The notes under the pieces: generated by a model
The model's input: only the letters and a program-made list of their open reading frames with translations
What the model was told of the DNA's origin: nothing
Databases searched by the model: none
Position numbers and translations under genes: made by a program
Shown: positions 12,851-25,453 of the stretch, piece by piece
How the letters are laid out: the number at the start of each line of letters is the position of its first letter
Numbering within the stretch: the first letter of the stretch is position 1
Assembly (NCBI GenBank): GCA_965202585.1
Contig: OZ241828.1
Span: forward strand, 27,838,001-27,902,000
DNA: 64,000 nucleotides
Reading direction: 5' to 3'
Source: Thalia democratica
Taxonomy: Eukaryota

Positions 12851-15723
12851 TTTGTAAAGACATTGTTTTCTGTGATCAGTTTCTTTTATTATTGCGTTTT
12901 GAACATTAAATATATACAAAATTAGTCAAGCGAAACAGACTAATTCAATCATCAGTGTAAATTACTTACATCCATTCTAGAAAAAATACTTAATTGTTAA
13001 TTTAAAGTTTCTTGCAGATTAGATTGTTATAATTACTCTTTAAATTAGTTCTATAGATAAAGTTAAAATGTTTTTTCTATGTAAAATATAAATTTACATT
13101 TATTTTGTTAAAAGTCTTTACTATTTAATTTAATTATTTTATTCTCATGTAGATATATTAAGCAATGTAAAAATTCTACAAATACAGGTGAGCTCATTTA
13201 AATTTGGTTACTTTAACTTTAAAAAGTTTCAATTATCCAACTTTTTTTTTCTTAATTTTCTTTCACAAAACAAGTTTGTTTTTAACCCTTGGTTAGATGA
13301 AAAATAGTAATAGTAGTACAAACTATTTTTCTAAAAGTTTAAAATTTTGTTAAACTACTGCTGCCTCTTAAAGTTATAGTAATCTAATATTTCAAATAAT
13401 TATTTCTAATTGTATTCTAATATATACAATATTCATATAAATAACTTTCTTTTTTTTATTTTTATTTATCAAAATTGGCAGCCACAAGCTCAGTAAACTA
13501 AATTCACTCAAGATAATTCTCTTTTTTTTTAATTTGTTAAACATTTTTGATAACTCAAGACACTAATGCCTACTTGAACATTTTTTAAAAACTAATGCTT
13601 ACTAATTTTTTAAAGCTTTTGATTAGTTTTAAAGTTTTTCTAAACTTTACAACTGTTTTTTGATGTTTAATGAGGACTAGTAGTAATATTAATTTATAAT
13701 TTATTTTGTTGTATAAAACAAACCTTATTGAAAAACTTGATTATAAAAGTTAATTTGATATTATTTTATCCCTGTGGCTATCTCTTATTACACTTTGACA
13801 GGTTATAACAACATGAATTTAAAAAACAGTAAGTTTAGAAGAATTTACATAATTATTGTTTTTTTCTTTAGAATAGTAAAAAATGAGGATAAGTGTAGCT
13901 AGTTTTAGGTTACAACGATTTTAGTCTCTTAGGACAGTTTAAAAACCTTTAAAGGCAACCGTATTTCAAATTTATACTAAACCTACTGTTATTTTTTTTT
14001 TATACAGAATGGCCAAATATATTGAAACCCTGAATTTAAAATAAGGAAATAAAAACCTGTAGAAATGTTTAGATAATAAAATTTTCTTAAATTTTAATAA
14101 TATATTTGTGTTAAACACTTTTTAAAACTAATATCGTTATAATAATAATATTTTATACCTTTGTTATCTATTGAAACTGCATAAAACCTAGAACATTTAT
14201 GATCCTAAAAGTTTTATGCAGTAGATTACTAGTCACAGACAGTTTAAATTCTCTTTATATAATAGGATCCCGGAATTAGCAAAACATGAATAAGATACTA
14301 TTGACAATTAAAAAACATTGCTCAAAATATGTTTTAGTTACATTTTAGGTGTCGAGTAATCATGCCATAGAGATGACCTTAGTTGTTTCAGACCATAAAT
14401 TTTTTATATAAAATCTTTCAGTAAATTTTAGTTTCTAATTAAGACAGGCTTCAATTTAGTAAAAAAAAAACCAATGTAATTAGTAAATGCTAATGTAGAA
14501 ATTTCATTAAAAGTGTACATTTTTCTTATTATTATTTTACTTCTTAACAAGAGCAAAAAGTAATCAAATTATATGTAAAGCAATTGACATTACCTTTTTT
14601 TTATAATTTATATGATGAGTTAAATATTTTTTTTATTAAGGTAGCAATTCTAAAATGGTTAAATTTCAGCATTTTAAAAATTCCTTAAAAGGCTACTTAT
14701 TCAAAGTTTATTACAACACTGTGGCTTACAAAGGATTGCTTTATTAGATAATGATTCTTTTTTTAAATTAGGTATGGTTGTAGAATTTATTTAAAATAAA
14801 TATATAGTAGTAAAAAGGTAACCTACTTAAAGTAATTTAAAGACTTGTGTGTTTTAAAATGTTTTTTGGCATGACTATAGTTTTGCAAAAGTACAAAATA
14901 TTAACTATATTTAAAAATTTCATTATTACATATCAACTTTTATCGTTGTATAGTCTCTATTACAGTTTACTATAAATTTAGTTTTATAAATATTCTTAAA
15001 ATCAACACAAGAGGTGATATAAACCTATAAGAAAAAAGTTTTACATTTTAAAACTTATAATTCACATCAACTAAACTTTCATGAAACTGTATATCTTTAA
15101 AAACACTAATTTCATATGATTCTTAAAAAGAAAGACTTTTAGTTTATACTTAATTTTTTAAAGTCTAAAAGATTTTTTTCATATTTTAGGATAGAGATTT
15201 GTATAAAACAGTTGACGGATTTTCTACTTAAAATTATTCTCAATTTACCATAGCATTGTATTTTAAACTAAAAAACTACCTAAGTGTATGCAATGAATGT
15301 TATACGTTTGATTTTAAAAAAATAATGACAATTATGTTTTGAAATTCAAGTGTTTTTGTTAAAATTTTGGTAACTAATTATAATTTTAATTTTTTTATTG
15401 TTTAATCTTTTCAAGCACAATCATTACCCACAGAGCATCAAAAAATTCAAGCTATACTATTTGGCTAAAATCCATAACATAATTTTATTTTTGTTTTATA
15501 CTACCTTGTTTATAGCTTTTTGTTTTATAAATTTTTAAAACCAACTTTTTTTTTATAAAATAAACTGATATAAGTGTTTAGAAATGAAGAAACTAAGCTA
15601 AAATTTCAATTTTTTTGTCATCATATGATGTTTGTTACTTTTATTTACTATTTAATAACATTGCAAATATTATATTGAAAAGATACTTGAACAGAGTTTA
15701 TAAATACATTTAAAAACATAAAA

Positions 15724-17388
15724 ATGGACCGAAACATGTTTTGTACAAACAAGTTTAGTAAACGTAAGTCTTCGGCAGTAAAATGTCCAAATCCTAAAAA
15801 CATTTTCTTATCACAAAATTTTGCTTATATAAAAAAGCAATTAAATGATATGTCTCACTGTGCAAGAAATTGGAATAATAAAAGTGTTTGTGTTTTATCA
15901 CCTTCTCAAAGATTTTCCGAAATAAAAAGGCAACTTGAAGACTTGACCAGTTTTGTTGAGTCTAGCTCTAAAGAGTATGAGAGAATAAAGATCAAAGAAG
16001 AAATTGAAGACTTTACTAAAAGTGTTGAAAAAGATAAGAGAGAAATAGCAACTCTCACTAAAATCGTTAAAGAAAAAACAAAACTTATTTCTCACCTCAA
16101 AACAAAGTTGGATTTTCTCGAAGAAGATTTCAGCGGTGAAGACAGTAGTTCAGATGATAGTAGTAGTGATGATTATAGTGAACATACTGAATACATTAGT
16201 GATGGAGACAACGATGATGATGATAAGAGTCACGAAAGTAGTAGTGACGAAAGTGGTGGTGATGATAACAATGGTGGCAATAATGATGAAGACACTGAAT
16301 ACAGTGATGACGAAAATAATAGTAATAATGATGAAAACGATAATTATTATAATGATGACAAGGATAGTGTTGGAAATAGTAGTACATGCAGTGATAATAG
16401 CAGTAAAGATAAAATTACTAAATCCAACGGTTCAGAATATTATTACACAGGTGGTAGTGATGATGATGATGAAAGTACGGAATACATTAGTGCTGGTAGC
16501 AGTAATGATGAAGGTGGTTTTTATAAGGATTCTGTTGGAAATAGTATACTAGATGAAGGTATGAGTGACAATGTAAATAATGTTGAAGATGATAAAGATA
16601 ATTTTGATAACCATGATGTTAGTAATCACAATGATGATTTTAGTAATGTTAACAGTTCTGGTGACAGTGAAAACACTAAAGATAGCAGCAATAAATATAA
16701 TGATACAGATTACAAATTTAAAAATGATAAACTTATCAGTGGTAAAAACACTACTGTTAAAGAAAGTAAAGATTTTTGTACAATTCTGCACAAATTCCGC
16801 AGAGTATTGTTTGAAACTAAACAAAAGGCCAGGCTAGAAAAAAAAGTTTCCTTGATAAAAAAATCTTGTCCATTGAATTGTGAAAGTTCCCCTTTAAGTG
16901 AAAGTTCTACTTCTAGTGAAAGTTCTGCTTCCAGTGATAGTTCTACTTCTAGTGAAAGTTCTACTTCTAGTGAAAGTTCTACTTCTAGCGAAAGTTCTAC
17001 TTCTAGCGAAAGTTCTACTTCCAGTGATAGTTCTACTTCTAGCGAAGAATCTTTTTCAACAATCAACTTGATTAAAAACAACTTGATTAAAAACAACTAT
17101 GTTATGGTTCTAAAGCTCCTTATTAAATGTAAACTGAAGTCCATTCAGACAAATGCTGAGATACTAGTTCAAATTCTCGATCACGAAAACCTGGAAAAAA
17201 TGCCATCGCAAGAAAAAAGCTTGCTTGTGAGTCTTGCTGAGGAAAGTGATTGGCTCACTGCCACTTCTAAAAAATTAGAAGATTTGTTCGAAAAATTGGG
17301 TTATGATGATCTTGATGTTTCTGAAACTGACGTCAATGGTGACGATGACGTCAATAGGGGCACAGATGATGACGTGTGCAATGAATAA
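15724..17388 (+). CDS. Intronless Ser/Asp/Asn-rich acidic protein, copy B (554 aa), unknown family
   Basis: Paralogue of 3455..4990 with shared blocks such as LSPSQRFS, KSVEKDKREIATLT, KTKLISHLKTKLDFLEED, ARLEKKVSLIK and IQTNAEILVQILDHENL. Same AAACATAAAAATGGA start context. Confidence 0.85.
   Translation: MDRNMFCTNKFSKRKSSAVKCPNPKNIFLSQNFAYIKKQLNDMSHCARNWNNKSVCVLSPSQRFSEIKRQLEDLTSFVESSSKEYERIKIKEEIEDFTKSVEKDKREIATLTKIVKEKTKLISHLKTKLDFLEEDFSGEDSSSDDSSSDDYSEHTEYISDGDNDDDDKSHESSSDESGGDDNNGGNNDEDTEYSDDENNSNNDENDNYYNDDKDSVGNSSTCSDNSSKDKITKSNGSEYYYTGGSDDDDESTEYISAGSSNDEGGFYKDSVGNSILDEGMSDNVNNVEDDKDNFDNHDVSNHNDDFSNVNSSGDSENTKDSSNKYNDTDYKFKNDKLISGKNTTVKESKDFCTILHKFRRVLFETKQKARLEKKVSLIKKSCPLNCESSPLSESSTSSESSASSDSSTSSESSTSSESSTSSESSTSSESSTSSDSSTSSEESFSTINLIKNNLIKNNYVMVLKLLIKCKLKSIQTNAEILVQILDHENLEKMPSQEKSLLVSLAEESDWLTATSKKLEDLFEKLGYDDLDVSETDVNGDDDVNRGTDDDVCNE
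16897..17040 (+). repeat. In-frame 18-bp minisatellite, 8 units encoding S(E/D)SS(T/A)S
   Basis: Unit AG(T/C)GA(A/T)AGTTCT(A/G)CTTC(T/C). Essentially one equivalent unit in copy A. Confidence 0.95.
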
Positions 17389-18469
17389 AGTCCCAATTGC
17401 AAAAGTGATTGTTATTTAAAAAAGATACATACATTTCTTTGACAGAGTACAGAATCTTTTTGTATCTTATTATCAATGTTAACTACAATAAAAACTAATG
17501 CATAAATAACTTTGAACATTTATATTACAGTTTTTAACAATTGATTTACAATATTCTTATCTTAATAAAATTTCTAAACCTTTTTTTACTAGTTTATATT
17601 AATTTAAAGTTTCTTTACTAAAATTGTTTGGATAACAATATTTTTTTACAAAAATTAACCTCAGCAGTATTAAAGATTTTAAAATTGACGAGTTAAAAAA
17701 CATTACTAACTGGTTATATATTTTTTGTTTAACTTGCTATGTCTAAAATAAATGCATTATATTTATGCAGATAAGACTGTATTTAGTATTTCTTTTTATA
17801 TGGTACAATGATATTTATGGTAAATTGATAGAAATGTATTACTTATTTACAATAAAAAGTAGTTTTAATTTAACAACAAAATGTTATTATTTTCATGTTT
17901 TGAATTTTAAATTTTCCAACAGTTTTATACTAAAACAAACTGTGGTAGTCAATATTTTTTTTAAATTCCTATCTTTTATATAAGGTAGATTTTTACTAGT
18001 GATCAACAAAATTTATTAATTAGATTTTTTTCGGATCTCTGTTGAAACTTGATTTCAGATTAATTTTTTTTAATCTTGATAGCAGAACTTTTACTCTTCT
18101 TTTGCCGCAGTTCGCAATCTTAAGTTGTAATCTGTTTAGAGTTGTTAAACTGTTTTTTAAGTAATAATTTCTCAAAAATTAGTAATCAATCAATTTTTTT
18201 TTATTATTTAAAAAGTTTTAAACTTCTATATATTTTAACTAAGAATCACCAAACTAAAAATAAGTAATTTGTAAATTCAGAAACAACTATTACGTTTATG
18301 GTACCAGCAATATTTTTTAAGGTTAATTTAAGTTTCGAGTTTGTAAGAAAACAATTAGCTAAAATTGCATTAACTTTATTATTGGTATCTTTAAAATTTA
18401 AGTAACAAAAATAGTAGTTATAAAATTCCAGTTTAGACAGGATGATAGAACTAAGGTAATAAATTGATA

Positions 18470-18629
18470 TTTTATTTTTTACTCTTGTGCAAAAATGACC
18501 CTTCGTGCAAAACTGTCACTCGTGCAAAATTGACTATCCGTGCAAAATATTTTACTCGTGCAAAATTGACTCTCAGAGCAAAATAGTCTTTGTGTAAAGT
18601 TGTAACTCGTGAAATTTTGACCCATTCCC
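18470..18629 (+). mobile_element. Right arm of a GTGCAA MITE
   Basis: Six (C)GTGCAAAA-type repeats ending CGTGAAATTTTGACCCATTCCC. Confidence 0.65.
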
Positions 18630-18949
18630 TGTTTTAATAGTCAAATAACTCGAACATGAAACAATGCAGTTATTTAAAATTTAAAAAACAATATGAAAAA
18701 GTACTAAAATAAAAAAATTTAAAAACATTAAACGTCAGTTCAGCGGTTTCTTTTAATACCTTAATAATACTAGCAATACATAAACTGATAGAGCTTAAAT
18801 AAACTTAATGATAAAAAATATTTTAACGTTAAAGTATCTTGAATAAATACTCGATTCAAATATAAAAGGACAAGAAAACTGAGCCAAATTTAAATATAAA
18901 ATTCACCCTTAAACAAAACCATAAATTCTTGAATAGCTAACAGCTCTCT

Positions 18950-19620
18950 CAAAAAGAAGAAAAATAAAACAAAACCATCATCACAGTTTTATCTTTAATG
19001 TAAAAGACTAGTGCTTATTTTATGGAACAGCTAAATTATTTTCATCGTAATTTTAGCTGCTACGCTTTTTTTGCCTTTTTTGTCACTGATGTAAGAAAAT
19101 GTACATTTTAGAAGATGCTTATTTTGTAAGTTTTTCCAATTTAGCTGCTTTAATAGTATCACTTAAACTTATAGACTACAAGACTGTTTTGTACTACTGG
19201 TAACGTTGGGTCTTTTCTTGATCGTTGGAGTATTGGTTTAGACGTAAAGAGAATTATAAGATTAAGTAGCTTCTGTTTGTCATGTCAACTACCTTTTTCT
19301 CAGTTAATTTTGAATTAGAACCGGCAAATGGTAGTTCGAGTAGTATTATGTATTTTTCCGGTCCGTAAGGTTTACCTTTGTTTAACCTTGTTAACTGCGA
19401 CTTTGTTATTTTTTTTACTAAATTTTTAGGGTACCCATTTAGTTTAGAAATTGTTTTTATGTTTTTGATTCTTCTTCTAAAAACTCAGTTGAACATGTTT
19501 TCTATTCTCTACTATATAGAGTTTTTATCAGACAAATTTTTCTGCGATTGCTTCAAAATCGACTAAAATTTAAGTGATTAATTGAACAAGATGGTTTTTT
19601 ATATACTTTAATTATAAATT
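18950..19620 (-). mobile_element. Decayed Penelope/Poseidon-type retroelement fragment (RT thumb to GIY-YIG)
   Basis: Minus-strand translation with stops and frameshifts: LNGYPKNLVKKI...KPYGPEKYIILLELPFAG...TSKPILQ...QNSLVVYKFK...IGKT. Collinear with LGYPGNLVSKVI...GPQKCPVYLKLPYLG...IIYKFSC...YVGKT of the 63-kb element. Confidence 0.65.
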
Positions 19621-20407
19621 TACTATTTTGTTTTACAACGAAAACATCAAGAAAGGTTGGTCGATCATTTGTTTTAAATTCATTGGTAAACTTGATAGCT
19701 TCATAGGCTTTATTTAGGTTTTGAATTATAAGTTTTTATAATAAGGATTATCCAAATTTACCGTATCAGTATAAATATTACTAATATAAAATTTCAGTAC
19801 ATATTACATAATTTTAAGTAGCATAAGTAAATCTGAAAGTATATAAAACTTTTAACCTAAGATAATAAGTTTCTGTGTATTTTGTTTCTAGTAGACCCTG
19901 TTTGGAAAAGTTAAATGAATAGAGTAATTCTATTTACGCAAAAAAAAAAAGCTTTTATGTGTTAAAAACATAACATTTTAGAATAAATAAAATAAACTGT
20001 TTTTTTAATATATTAGATATAATTTTTTTTAGGTGTAAATAATAAGAATAAATAAATTGATTATTAAAAATAAACTAAACAGTGTCATAGTATAATTAAC
20101 ATTATTAATATAAGAAAAATTAGCTCTTTATTTATAACACTACTTACTATGATTGAACGCAGACATTGATTGTTAGGCTTTAAAGTTTTCTGTTTTTATT
20201 TTTATCTTCGAAAAGATCTTCCGGTCCCGGCGTGATCTTGTTTTGAAAATTAATTTAATTTTATGTATACAAACGCTGTAATAAACAATATCTGTATATT
20301 AGTTATAGTAATTCTAGTAATCTAATAGTAATTATCCGGGATTTATATATACATATTGTTTATTAAAACGTTTATATGAAAAAAGTTAATTTAAGTATAA
20401 AAAGTAA

Positions 20408-20479
20408 GACCACGCCGGGACTCGAACCCGGAATCTTCTGATTAGGAGTCAGACGCCTTATCCATTGGGCCACGCGGTC
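20408..20479 (-). tRNA. tRNA-Arg(CCT), intact
   Basis: GACCGCGTGGCCCAATGGATAAGGCGTCTGACTCCTAATCAGAAGATTCCGGGTTCGAGTCCCGGCGTGGTC. Acceptor, anticodon and T stems pair, A and B boxes are present, and a TTTTT Pol III terminator lies a few nt downstream. Confidence 0.95.
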
Positions 20480-21029
20480 ATCTGAGAGAGCTGAATTTGT
20501 AGCAAATATAAATTAAGCTATTTTTAAGCTATTTGAGATAATTTTTGTGCTTAGTCAAGCATTTAAAGGTTCAAGTAGCCAATCATAAATATGATCTTTT
20601 AAGTAAAAAGAAAAAAAGCAAACTTGAAAGCCTAAAAATCAATGTCTGGGTTCAATTACGCTAAGCAGTAGTGTTATAAATAAAAAAAATAATATAGTAT
20701 TATAATTTTTTAGTTGCATAAGCTAATTTTTCTTACAATGATAATATAACTAAATGTATATATATAAGTAAATATACTAATTTATTAGAAAAATGCGATT
20801 TTAAAAGTTATAGAACTTATGTTTTATAAAACCAAAAAAAAAAATTTGTATAATCTTTAGCTAGATCTACTTAAAATAAACAGCACTTTTTTAAACGAAG
20901 ATGCTAAAGATATACAAACGATCAAAAAACACTATGACATGATTAGTGAATGTTGTACAGTAAAAATATTCAGAGCAAAAATTATCTTCCATCTAAACAA
21001 ACAATTAAAGTTCACCAAACTACAACTAA

Positions 21030-23090
21030 GTGACTATAAAGTGTTTTATATTTTTTTTGTAGTTTAAGAGGAGCTTTTTTATATGTCGATCAGACGATAC
21101 GAGTTCACTCCTCTTATTTAAGCAACCTTCTTTTTTTAAACCATACACAACGGTTGTTGATTCTTTTGAGCATAGCCTGCAAACAGGCATATTACTATCT
21201 GCTATTGGCTGTGCTCTTTTTATCACCTCCCAATTTATTCTGAAATCAATTTTTTTCATCACACACACTTTAAAAGGGTGCACGACAATTCAAATTCGGG
21301 CAATTCAAACTCCGAAAATATAAAAACTAAAAATAAAAATTAAAGGGCCGCAATTAAAAAATTAGCATATACTAAAAAAATAATAAGTAAGATGGTATCA
21401 TAAAATATATAAGCATATTTTATTTTAGTAAAATATTAAATGTTTTTTTTCTATATGGTTAAAATATGTTTTAAAGTATACTTAATTTTATCATTTTAAA
21501 ATATCATGAGAATCGTTTAATATTATACAAAAGAAAATAAATGGCTTGTAGATAATATTAGTATTAACATGTTAAATGTTTTTTTTCTATAGGGTTAAAA
21601 TACGTTTTAAAGTATACTTATTTTTATCATTTTAAAAATATCATTAGAATTGTTTAATATTTTACAAAAGAAAATAAATGGCTTGTAGATAATATTAGTA
21701 TTAACATACTAATATTTTTTTTAAATACATAAAATATTTTAACTTGTGGCACTTTAATTTTTTTTTAGAATTTGAGTTGTCGGATTTTGAATTTTCCGAA
21801 TTCGAATATTCTTGTGACCACTTTGAAAGCTCAGTCTCATTTTCGTATTCTCCACCTTTGAAAGCCTTTCGATGGATAGCATACCAGGATGTGAACTGAG
21901 TTGAGCATAAGCCGATGTATTTCTAATCAAGTTCAGATATTAACTGTTGCCTTTTGAATAATGTTTTCTGAAAGGCAATTGCCTCCTTTCAAATCATACT
22001 TGCAGTCACTAGCGCAGTTATAATGATTCTGTTTCAAATTACTTTTATTTAATATCTAGTGATTGTATGACTTAATTAAGTTATCTAAAATCGTCATACC
22101 TGAATAAATAATTTGCATATTAATTTTGTTGAAAATTTAAGATAATGGGTTATTTTTGTTAAATCGTTCTTTTACTAGATTTATAAATTCTCTGCCGATG
22201 ATTGTTTTGACTGAACTACAGAATGGGGGATTAGACAAAATTATGTTTTGTTTTATTTTATTTTTATTGCTTTAGTTTTTTCTTTGCAGTATTAAAATTA
22301 AGTTTATCATTATAAATGAATTTTTTCACTTTTAAATCATAATCGTGCTTTGTTTTAAAAAATATTTATTTGTTATTTGATCTTTTTATTAAACGTTAAT
22401 TAATTATTTTTGGTATTTGTTTTATAACGTATTTTGGGTGAGTAGAACATATATTTATATACATAACTTTAACATTCTGCTTTTAATAGGGCTATAGGAG
22501 AGATTATACAAGTTGAGCTTCATATTTATGTAGTCAGTTGTCGTTAGTGGTAGTTCAACAGTGACTCGTAACGAAAGACGTGAAAAGGGCGTGCGTTTGT
22601 TTTATTAGCCGTGCAACTTTAAAGCCAGATAAATTAGGCAGTGTAGCTAAACCATCGTCCCTGTACAACTCAAATCTTTCTAAACCAAAAGTATTTTTCA
22701 ACCCGTCCAAAAAAAAGTCTTACTAATTTACATAATTCTGCCACAATGAACGCTACCTGCGCTACATTGAAAAGAGAGCTTGTGTTATTTGCTCTCTTAT
22801 TTCGCCATAGGTTTCTTTGTTTATAAAGTACTGATTTACACGCGTTTTTTATCATACTTAAGTCTTCAGTAGATACGCTAGTATAATTACTGGGAAGTTT
22901 TATTGATTTTTTAAACAATTTTTCGCTGATAGAAGGATAAAATGCAATTTCATCAATTTTAAAAAAAACTATACCTTTACTTTTCCAAACCATAGAGCTA
23001 ATTTAAGACTTTGCCAAGCATTTCAAGGGATAAGTTTAAATTCTAAACGTACAGCTTTATTGATGCAGTCTATCTTAACCTTAACTATGC
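21030..23090 (-). mobile_element. Decayed Penelope-like element, YRDD-type RT plus Cys-linker plus GIY-YIG (Naiad/Neptune-like)
   Basis: Minus-strand fragments in order: DCINKAVRLEFKL; IAFYPSISEKL; AELCKLVRL; LYRDDGLA; STHPK; NCASDCK...GGNCLSENII.KATV; KYIGLCSTQF...ENETELSK; WEVIKRAQP...CRLC...LNKRSELVS.DRH. Confidence 0.9.
21277..21819. mobile_element. MITE with ~85-bp TIRs and 10-bp TSD (MULE-like), inserted in the GIY-YIG domain
   Basis: Left GGTGCACGACAATTCAAATTCGG; right end reverse-complemented GGTCACAAGAATATTCGAATTCGG. TSD ACTTTAAAAG/ACTTTGAAAG. Internal ~137-bp direct repeat (~21433-21705). Confidence 0.85.
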
Positions 23091-24504
23091 AGCCTACATC
23101 GGATCGGACTTAGAAGTATTGCTAATTATTATATTATATAACATTTTTATACTTACATTACATATATAATCAATCAATCACTAGAAATACATATTTAGAT
23201 CGGACTTGTAGTAGTTGTGGTAAAATTTTATTAAATTTATAATTATGTTTTATTAGTACTTTACTTTACCTAAGCTGCATAGTGGTATGAATGAAAAATT
23301 CTATTACCTATAACTAGTTGTAAATATCATTTTCGCCCTATAATATATCTACTCATGCGTAAAGTTGTAAACAAGCATATGACTACTTATATCACATGCT
23401 ATAGTAATGCTGCAAACAAAAATTAATTTTGTTTTATACAGAAATTAAGAAATTTAAAGGTAATAAAGTTTATGTGTGAGACCAAATGTTGAAGTTTATA
23501 ACCACTTTAAGATTACTCTATTTTTTTAGTAAAACAAGTTGGTAATTAAAAAAGTATTAATAATAAGATGTAATAATAAGTTTTACATTTACATTAAACG
23601 TTGTTACACTTAACTTAAAATTAGATTTTATCAAAGTTTAAAATAAAGCTTATCAAAGTTATTTATACATATATGGTGTGACGCTCGATGACCCAAAGGT
23701 CTTTCTCCACTCCAATCCATTGACCATAGTTGTGAGCGTTCACTTTTTTCATTCTTTCTTTCTATTAGTGTTTGTATCTAACATATGTAATTTCATTAAG
23801 TTTGAAGTTGAATCAATAGAAAATATTAAAAGAACAACATTTGTTAATTTTAAAATATAGTTAAAAGGTTCTCAACATTTCATTGACTTTTTATGAACTA
23901 AATGAGTGGCATAAAAATAATTAAACTTTAACCATAGGATTAAATTTGTATAAAAAGATTTTGATATTTTTAATGACTTTATCAATAAAGTTAGTTTCAC
24001 TATCATGAAAGCATACTTTATTTTCTTATACATTGTAACCGTACTACAGATTTTGGTGTTTTAATCATTAAAAAATTATACAATTAATTTTGTTTGTAAG
24101 TACATATGTATGAAATAAACAAATTAAGCATTTTAATGCCTTTAGTACTATATTAAAACATGTTTTAAAATCTTATTATAATCATTAAAATATTTTAAAA
24201 TAAAAAGACATGTGCATTAGTTTAGAATGTACTCAAACTAATTAAAAGTTTTAAAGTAAGTTTTGTTGCTGATTATAATTTATTTAAAAATACCTGAGAA
24301 ATTTGCAATAAAACATAAGGTTAGCATTAATTTTGTAAAATATATTTACAGTTACAAACTTAAGTGATCATACAAATTCATGAAGCTTATTTTGTTAAAA
24401 ATGGTTTTTATGTTGTTGTAAACCAGCTGTTTTAAATAGAGTACCTTTTAAAATTTGACTGTTTTTACTGACATATATAACTTTCCTATTGCAAATGTTT
24501 AATT

Positions 24505-25100
24505 AAAATATCTTTAAACTTAACAAGAAATTTTAAGTAGACTAGTGCAAGCCATTAAAAAAATTACTATAGGCAGTATACATGCATTAGTAATATAAAT
24601 AAGTTGTTTTTTAAACATTTACTTTTTTATATAAACCATTATAAATTTTTTATGTGATTTTTACAACAATGTGTTACAAATTAACAAAAAATATCAAACA
24701 GTTATGTGCAAGCCAGAAAAAAATTATATACAGGTATTTATATTGCTACTTATAAATAACAGTTTTTCTACAGACCAATGTAATTTTCAAACCAATAATA
24801 ACGTTACAAACCTTTATTGCTGACTGCCATTTCATAGATACAAATGTAATTATAATTATTTTTAATGTAAACTTTCATCAGTATGTTACAAACGTTGCAA
24901 GAACTTTCTAGCAGACTTGTGCAAGTCACTAAAGCTAGTTATTATAAATAACTTTCATACATTAGTAATATAACTTAGTTGATATTTAAATAATTAACTA
25001 CTTTTCTCACAGACAAATAAAATTTTTTAATGTGAGTTTTACCAAAATCTGTTACAAACCTTGCAAGAATTACAAAGCAGACTTGTGTAAGCCAGCAAAA
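24505..25100 (+). repeat. Four degenerate copies of the NERD exon-1 start (acceptor plus first codons)
   Basis: Copies at ~24510-24554, 24669-24716, 24870-24926 and 25049-25096 of (ATG)TTACAAACGTTGCAAGAACTTTCAAGCAGACTTGTGCAAGCCAG. Confidence 0.9.
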
Positions 25101-25142
25101 ATTAGTATACCAATGTTGCTACTTATAAATTACTATTTTTCT

Positions 25143-25334
25143 GGTGTACTTCAAATTCCAACCTGATCAAATCCTACTTAAGCACAATTGCAACCTAAAG
25201 TTTTTTTCCTTTATTTGTATACTTTTTTTTACTTTATTTTTCACTACCACCGTAACCCCTTACCCTTGGTAAGTAAGCGGTTCTTGTATTTGATCAGGTG
25301 GTAGTTGATTGTAGGTTGAAACTGAGCAGTTCCC
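25143..25334. mobile_element. Small MITE in the NERD upstream echo array
   Basis: Inverted ACCTGATCAAAT / ATTTGATCAGGT, flanked by ATTTTTCT/GTTTTTCT. The paralogous unit at ~24760 is empty. Confidence 0.6.
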
Positions 25335-25453
25335 GTTTTTCTACAGACCAATGTACTATTCAAACCTATAAGAATGTCACAAATATTTATTGCTGACTGC
25401 TATTTCACAGATACAAATGTAACTATATTTTTTTAATGTAAACTTTCATCAGT

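Larger units (their letters stand above)
130..20240. repeat. Segmental duplication: ~130-7100 versus ~13850-20240 (acidic gene plus tRNA-Arg cassette)
   Basis: Collinear matches: AAAATGAGGATAA..GCTAGTTTTAGGTTACAA (~163/~13880), the upstream blocks, the CDS, TAGACCCTGTTTGG (~6576/~19892) and the tRNA 5' flank (~6830-6900/~20135-20200). Boundaries approximate. Confidence 0.8.
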
